Source: a virus
DNA: 35,502 nt
IMG/VR virus record: IMGVR_UViG_3300011878_000001
Location: 1 to 35,502 of that record
Strand: one strand, 5' to 3'
Part shown: positions 31,212-35,502 of the stretch, piece by piece
Layout: every line of letters begins with the position of its first letter
How positions within the stretch are numbered: position 1 is the stretch's first letter
The notes under the pieces: model-generated
What the model was told of the DNA's origin: nothing
Database searches by the model: none
The model's input: only the letters and a program-made list of their open reading frames with translations
Translations under genes and position numbers: made by a program

Positions 31212-33323
31212 TTATTTCTCATTAATTGACAACTGCATGGTGATAGCTTGCAGGTGAAATGGCAGAGGTTTGTTGTGTGTAATAATTAAAGGCACTTTGT
31301 GCAGGTCTTCCCAATGCCCGCCTTCAATCAGGTGATAGCCGGTGTATGGTTTTTTGTAGTCCAGTGGATTGTCATCAAAAGAGAGTGTTTCAATCAGCTC
31401 GCCGTTAATTGACGCCCCTAGCGTTTTATTAAAAAAGAATGCTGTCCGGTCTACCTTTGCTTTATGCAGCATGCTCGACAATGGCGCTTGATTCAGTTCC
31501 GGCGGGAACAGTTCAGCCACACATTCAAAGGTCTGGCCAAAAGAAAGTGTTTTGCCCACCAGATCTGCATCAACCTGCAGGTTACTTCCTGCATCTTCAC
31601 AAGCAATCTCGGTCACGGTGTCATTTTCAGCGTAATAGCATGCAATGTTATTTAAATGATTGAACTGTGCTTTATTCACTGTGTTTGCAGTCAGATTGAT
31701 ATTTAGCTGGGCATCGGTGTAAGCATTGAAAGAAAGTTCTTCCAGATAGGTACTGCCCTTACGTTCAACCAACATGAATGCCTGATCAGATCCTAGCGCT
31801 GTTGGTAATGAACAGATACTTTTGACTGATCCACCAAAGTCATGCTGTGCCCATGCAAGCACTTCCTGATCACGGTTAAAGGTGATTGACGCCACCTTGC
31901 CATCACCCAGCACACACCACACGATTGATTCAGGCTCTTGCTGATAGGTAATTTCATTAATACCTTGATGCTCTTCACCAATATGAGAAGCCAGTGAGCT
32001 AATCTCTGGTGATACCAGACCATCCACTTCATAACGATACGTTAAAGCACGCATACGCTCACCACCACGTTGTACAAATAGCAGCTCATTCCCCACACGC
32101 TCTGGACGTGTTACCGCATAGGCCCCATATGCTGAATGTTCAATAATATTTACAGTGGTTGGTGTCAGGCCGCCATCTGAATCGACCATGAATTCACCGC
32201 CTGAAGTTAGACACACTACGCCACGCTGTGCTTCAAGAAATAAAATTGAATTGGATAAACCTGATGCCGAAACGATACTGAATGCATCACTATCTTCTGT
32301 GGTTTCAAGAAAATTACCGTTTGCTCCAACGGCACTAAACCAGATTTTGTTAGGTGCTTTTTTCGTGTTGGCCAGAACTAAACGCTGTTTAAAATAGGTG
32401 CAGCAACGTGGATAACCATCTATAGCATTGAATGCCGGTGGCAATATCCCCCATGAGCGTTCAATCGCCTTGATATCTGCATCCAGTTTCTTAACTACCT
32501 CTCCCTCTACGCTATTTTCGTTGATAAACCGGGTAATTCTGATAAGCCCGCCATTTACCTCGATATAACTACCGACATCATCTGCAGAAAAAACATCGCT
32601 ACCAGAGGACGCCAATAGATGCCAGTAGGTAGGCTCTGTTCTTGGATTCTTGCCTGTACCAGCCAAAATAGCCTTGTAGTATTCAGTGACGGTTTTTTGC
32701 CCCCAGCCATTCGGAACAGTGTAGGTAACCCTGACTTCATCATCCACAGCATATGACGCCACATTACTCCATGGAGAAGTAGCGTCGACATTGAACGTTA
32801 CCCGCACACCGAGTTCTTTTGAGCTTGGCTTGCCCTTGCGGAATGGGTATCTGGCATTCTCAGAGTTAACAGGTTGATGATCAAAATTAAAAACTGAAAA
32901 TAACCAGTTCGCAAATTCTTCATCAGAACGTAAGCGCTGCACTGGATGAGCACTATGCGTAATGAACATTTCAAAACGGTACTGTACATACTGAATATCT
33001 GGTAGCTGTGAGTCGGCATAAGGTGTATCAAGCGTTGCTACAACTTCCCGGGTACGTGGGCAGTAAACCATTACGCTGAGATGCTTGAAGATCAGCATGA
33101 ATACGCTACTGGAATTCACAATGAAGGGAATTAGCCGGATAGCACCCGCCATCAAACCACGGTTAAACGTACCAGGACGTTTACGCACCCCACCTTCAAC
33201 CAGCGGAAAAACATTCTGCAATCGTTTTGCGCCGTTGGAGTACTGCTGAATATCAGTCCGGGTATACAGTGCAGTTGATAATTCACCTGCACTGAAATTG
33301 TTTTTCATCACAACAGTTTTCAT
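31212..33323 (-). CDS. Tail tubular protein B (nozzle), T7 gp12-like
   Basis: 703 aa. The N-terminus NNFSAGELSTALYTRTDIQQYSNGAKRLQNVFPLVEGGVRKRPG parallels T7 gp12 KNLKGGISQQPDILRYPDQG...GLQKRPP (from memory). ATGA overlap with the tubular A gene. Confidence 0.7.
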   Translation of the reverse strand: MKTVVMKNNFSAGELSTALYTRTDIQQYSNGAKRLQNVFPLVEGGVRKRPGTFNRGLMAGAIRLIPFIVNSSSVFMLIFKHLSVMVYCPRTREVVATLDTPYADSQLPDIQYVQYRFEMFITHSAHPVQRLRSDEEFANWLFSVFNFDHQPVNSENARYPFRKGKPSSKELGVRVTFNVDATSPWSNVASYAVDDEVRVTYTVPNGWGQKTVTEYYKAILAGTGKNPRTEPTYWHLLASSGSDVFSADDVGSYIEVNGGLIRITRFINENSVEGEVVKKLDADIKAIERSWGILPPAFNAIDGYPRCCTYFKQRLVLANTKKAPNKIWFSAVGANGNFLETTEDSDAFSIVSASGLSNSILFLEAQRGVVCLTSGGEFMVDSDGGLTPTTVNIIEHSAYGAYAVTRPERVGNELLFVQRGGERMRALTYRYEVDGLVSPEISSLASHIGEEHQGINEITYQQEPESIVWCVLGDGKVASITFNRDQEVLAWAQHDFGGSVKSICSLPTALGSDQAFMLVERKGSTYLEELSFNAYTDAQLNINLTANTVNKAQFNHLNNIACYYAENDTVTEIACEDAGSNLQVDADLVGKTLSFGQTFECVAELFPPELNQAPLSSMLHKAKVDRTAFFFNKTLGASINGELIETLSFDDNPLDYKKPYTGYHLIEGGHWEDLHKVPLIITHNKPLPFHLQAITMQLSINEK

Positions 33324-33886
33324 TGATAGCGCACTCCCATCAGATTCGATTGAAAGTCAGCTGCAAAGTCTTGTGCTGGACGTTCCTGACCATTGATGGC
33401 ACGTGCCTGCTTGAGCATATTGTTTAGTTTTTGCCATGCACTGTCTGATTCAGCCTGGCTGCCTGTGATCGGCTTGGCTAACTTGTGCACCAAGTACAGC
33501 ACCATGCATTCAGCAAACAATGAATCCCACAAATCCTCATTATCTTCATCAGCCACATACTGCAGGTTGATCAGATTGGTATTAGCCAGGATATGGCGAC
33601 CTTCAATTTCATAATTCTCAACACCAGCACTGATGACGCGCACAAAGTCGTGTGGCAGTGGAAAGGAATTGTGATAGCCAAAGGTGGGATGTGTGCTCAC
33701 TGGTGCCAGTTGCGTACGTTTCTTGGCGAATGACCAAGGATGCATCCGCAATAAAGCCTTGCGTGTAGTGTCGTAGATCGATGCACAACGGCGTGCATTT
33801 TCGTTATTGTCGTCAAAAGACAGGATTGACTTAGCCCCGATCAGGCTTAGCGCTTCATTGCAGATGGATACGTTTGTAGAAGTCAT
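33320..33886 (-). CDS. Tail tubular protein A (adaptor), T7 gp11-like
   Basis: 188 aa. ICNEALSLIGAKSILSFDD...RMHPWSFA parallels T7 gp11 VNDILASIGEPPVSTLEGD...RGWTFN (from memory). Confidence 0.65.
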   Translation of the reverse strand: MTSTNVSICNEALSLIGAKSILSFDDNNENARRCASIYDTTRKALLRMHPWSFAKKRTQLAPVSTHPTFGYHNSFPLPHDFVRVISAGVENYEIEGRHILANTNLINLQYVADEDNEDLWDSLFAECMVLYLVHKLAKPITGSQAESDSAWQKLNNMLKQARAINGQERPAQDFAADFQSNLMGVRYQ

Positions 33887-33946
33887 AAAAAAGCCCTCAA
33901 GTTTTAATGATCTTGAAGGCTCTCTTGGTTCGGTTTGTTGGGTGTT
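33887..33946 (-). terminator. Box-terminator module copy 3 (before tail tubular A)
   Basis: Minus-strand reading: TAA, CACCCAACAAACC (box 33946-33932), stem AGCCTTCAAG/CTTGAGGGCT (33921-33892, one G.U pair), T5, then ATG 33886. Confidence 0.75.
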
Positions 33947-34313
33947 AGAATTGGTTGTCTAGCTGGGCTTGATGTAGCTTTTCTTTCAACAGATAACCTT
34001 CGAGCATCCAGATCTTATCACGGGCATTTTCATACGCAATTTTCTGACCGATCAACTTGTCAAAGTTTTCAGGGCTTGCACATGCAGACTCGCCAGTAAC
34101 TGTGAATCCATTTTCAAGTGACAAAATGCAGATTGTTAATTGTGGCGATCCACAAGTTTTGTAATCATCTGCACAGTAAGCAAGGTCAAATTTATCACCC
34201 GTAATGTAGCGAATGGCTTTGATTTTTGAATCAATATGATCAGGCGTTAAGCGTGGAGCATTAAGGCCTTTGTCTTGAATTTCTTTTTCGATTTGCTGTT
34301 CTGAATTGCTCAT
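33945..34313 (-). CDS. Gp49-like protein (N4 gp49 / Sf6 gp66 family), function unknown
   Basis: 122 aa. LTICILSLENGFTVTGESACASPENFDKLIGQKIAYENARDKIWMLEGYLL matches my memory of that family's conserved core. Confidence 0.55.
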   Translation of the reverse strand: MSNSEQQIEKEIQDKGLNAPRLTPDHIDSKIKAIRYITGDKFDLAYCADDYKTCGSPQLTICILSLENGFTVTGESACASPENFDKLIGQKIAYENARDKIWMLEGYLLKEKLHQAQLDNQF

Positions 34314-34336
34314 GATTTTATTCCGATTTAATTATT

Positions 34337-34372
34337 AAAAAAGACCCGGTATCCCATGCCCAAGATACCGAG
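34337..34372 (-). terminator. Terminator after the major capsid gene (T-phi-like position), no box
   Basis: Minus-strand stem CTCGGTATC/GATACCGGG (one G.U pair) with a 10-nt loop, followed by TCTTTTTT. Confidence 0.7.
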
Positions 34373-34387
34373 CCAAGACCCTACCAG

Positions 34388-35296
34388 TTAGACAACGAAG
34401 TCAATCGCAACGACTTTCTTCTCGTTTGCACGACCAGCTGCAAGAGAATGCACACCACCAACCTGTTTGATGTTTTTCTTGTCCGCACGTGTCGTGATAT
34501 CGAAGCCAGTGATATCCGCTTCACCGAAATGGATTGCAGATCCACAGTAAGCAACGGTACGAAGTTCACCCACCGCAGCACCTTGACTTAATTTTTCGTA
34601 TGGAATCCAGTTGAAGCCCATCCATTTGCCACCAACACCACCTTCCTGAATCATCTTGCCGGCCATGAAGTCAGCAGATGTCAGTGTGGTATCACCTAAG
34701 ATTTTCTCCATCATTGCAGACGTATACAGGATGTATAACTGTTCGCCGTTGTGCTCATCACACTCGTTGGCACGGAAGATGGATTTTGCTTTGATGATCT
34801 TGCTTTTCAGGCTGCCACTGCCAAAACCTGAAAGGATCAACTGACCCGCTGGTAATGCGGTTGGTGTGGTGGTTGCTGTGCCGTTATCCGCAACGCTTTT
34901 ACGGCTGATAGTACCGATTGCCGCCTGATAAATGATGTCATCGATTTTGCGGTTTTTCGCGTTATACAGCAGCTTGATATATTTATCGTTTGGATGCGCT
35001 TTCAGCTTTGGAATATCGCGTGATTCGATTGGAATGAACAGGTCAAAGTCATTCATCAAGACGCTACGTGTGCCAGCATCAGGAATCGTCCAGGTAGTAT
35101 CACCGAAACGCGCACCAGAAGCCGCCATTTCAACCTGACCCATATCGTTAATGGTGAATGATTCACCTACGATTTTCCCGCGATTCACTACGGTTTTTAA
35201 TAGACGGCTTTCGTTTTGCTGTGATGCCAACTCATAGTTGTCATGGAACTGCTGAACAAATGCCGCCGTGATTTTGTTTTCATTGACGATAGGCAT
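34388..35296 (-). CDS. Major capsid protein, T7 gp10-like HK97 fold
   Basis: 302 aa, downstream of the scaffold gene. Several blocks parallel T7 gp10 from memory (FVQQFHDNYELA vs LFLKVFGGEVLTA; KWMGFNWIPYEKL vs NVMGFEVVEVPHL). Strong SD (AAGGGG). Confidence 0.8.
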   Translation of the reverse strand: MPIVNENKITAAFVQQFHDNYELASQQNESRLLKTVVNRGKIVGESFTINDMGQVEMAASGARFGDTTWTIPDAGTRSVLMNDFDLFIPIESRDIPKLKAHPNDKYIKLLYNAKNRKIDDIIYQAAIGTISRKSVADNGTATTTPTALPAGQLILSGFGSGSLKSKIIKAKSIFRANECDEHNGEQLYILYTSAMMEKILGDTTLTSADFMAGKMIQEGGVGGKWMGFNWIPYEKLSQGAAVGELRTVAYCGSAIHFGEADITGFDITTRADKKNIKQVGGVHSLAAGRANEKKVVAIDFVV

Positions 35297-35306
35297 ACAT
35301 TACCCC

Positions 35307-35502
35307 TTATTTGTATTGCTTCTGATAGAAGTTCTGGACTTGAGCAAAGACACGCTTATGATCAGGGTGGCTTTCGTTCAAATACGCTTCCGACTTCATT
35401 AATGATTCAACATCTACGCCCCCAGTTTGTTGTGTGTTAGAAGGCGGTGTATCTTCCTGGAGCTGTGAACCAAAGTAGGCAGCCATCTTCAGCACCAGTG
35501 GA
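35307..35502 (-). CDS. Capsid scaffolding protein, 3' part (continuation of 1-559 across the circular junction)
   Basis: Same frame as the 1-559 ORF through the 77-bp overlap. Ends ...HPDHKRVFAQVQNFYQKQYK, with the stop at 35307-35309. Confidence 0.65.
   Translation of the reverse strand, partial: PLVLKMAAYFGSQLQEDTPPSNTQQTGGVDVESLMKSEAYLNESHPDHKRVFAQVQNFYQKQYK
35426..35502. repeat. Terminal overlap, copy 2 (identical to 1-77)
   Basis: Exact 77/77 match to the window start, checked base by base. Confidence 0.95.

Larger units (their letters stand above)
1..35502. mobile_element. Complete temperate phage genome assembled as a circle (unique length 35,425 bp): lambdoid immunity, replication and recombination modules, T7-type virion and packaging module, lysis cassette, integrase and attP
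   Basis: Nearly every substantial ORF has a phage-type function or position. The window ends are identical over 77 bp. Genes are tightly packed, with many ATGA/TAATG/GTGA start-stop overlaps. No flanking host genes are present. Confidence 0.85.

Overview
The window is a complete temperate phage genome, not a chromosomal segment. Nt 1-77 are identical to nt 35426-35502, so the unique sequence is 35,425 bp and the scaffolding gene is split across the window ends. I could not identify the host from the sequence.

Layout:
- Minus strand, 7275 down to 3302: cro-like gene, RHH protein, lambda O-like initiator with in-gene iterons, lambda P-like loader, small ORFs, RusA, and a putative late regulator.
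- Minus strand, a roughly 24-kb late operon running 3158 -> 1 and 35425 -> 14825. Its gene order and remembered sequence patterns match the T7 virion module: gp6.7-like protein, portal, scaffold, capsid, tail tubular A and B, internal/ejection proteins, terS, terL, gp17-type tailspike. It ends in holin, SAR lysozyme and overlapping spanins.
- Plus strand, 7367-13230: LexA-type cI repressor, a co-transcribed membrane protein, then a PL-like operon with a Cas4/RecB-like nuclease, a RecT/Red-beta annealase and an excisionase.
- P4-type integrase (13140-14441, minus) next to a 370-bp attP-like region.
- No phage RNA or DNA polymerase, tRNA, CRISPR array or IS element was seen.

Most interesting observations:
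1. A module repeated six times: stop codon, C/A-rich box CACCCAACAAACC, variable hairpin, U-tract, AUG. It punctuates the operons, always in the sense orientation.
2. A 944-aa ejection protein that combines a Gly/Ala-rich hydrophobic region, an SLT lytic transglycosylase and a ParB/Srx-like domain (polyvalent-protein architecture).
3. Accessory genes in classic moron positions: a 218-aa two-TM protein in the cI operon, a very AT-rich acyltransferase-3 gene beside the tailspike, and an acidic 89-aa ORF inside the ejection-protein cluster.
4. A GNAT plus cupin-like gene pair at the T7 gp13 position.

All homology statements come from motif recognition by eye and from memory. They need HMM or structure searches to confirm.
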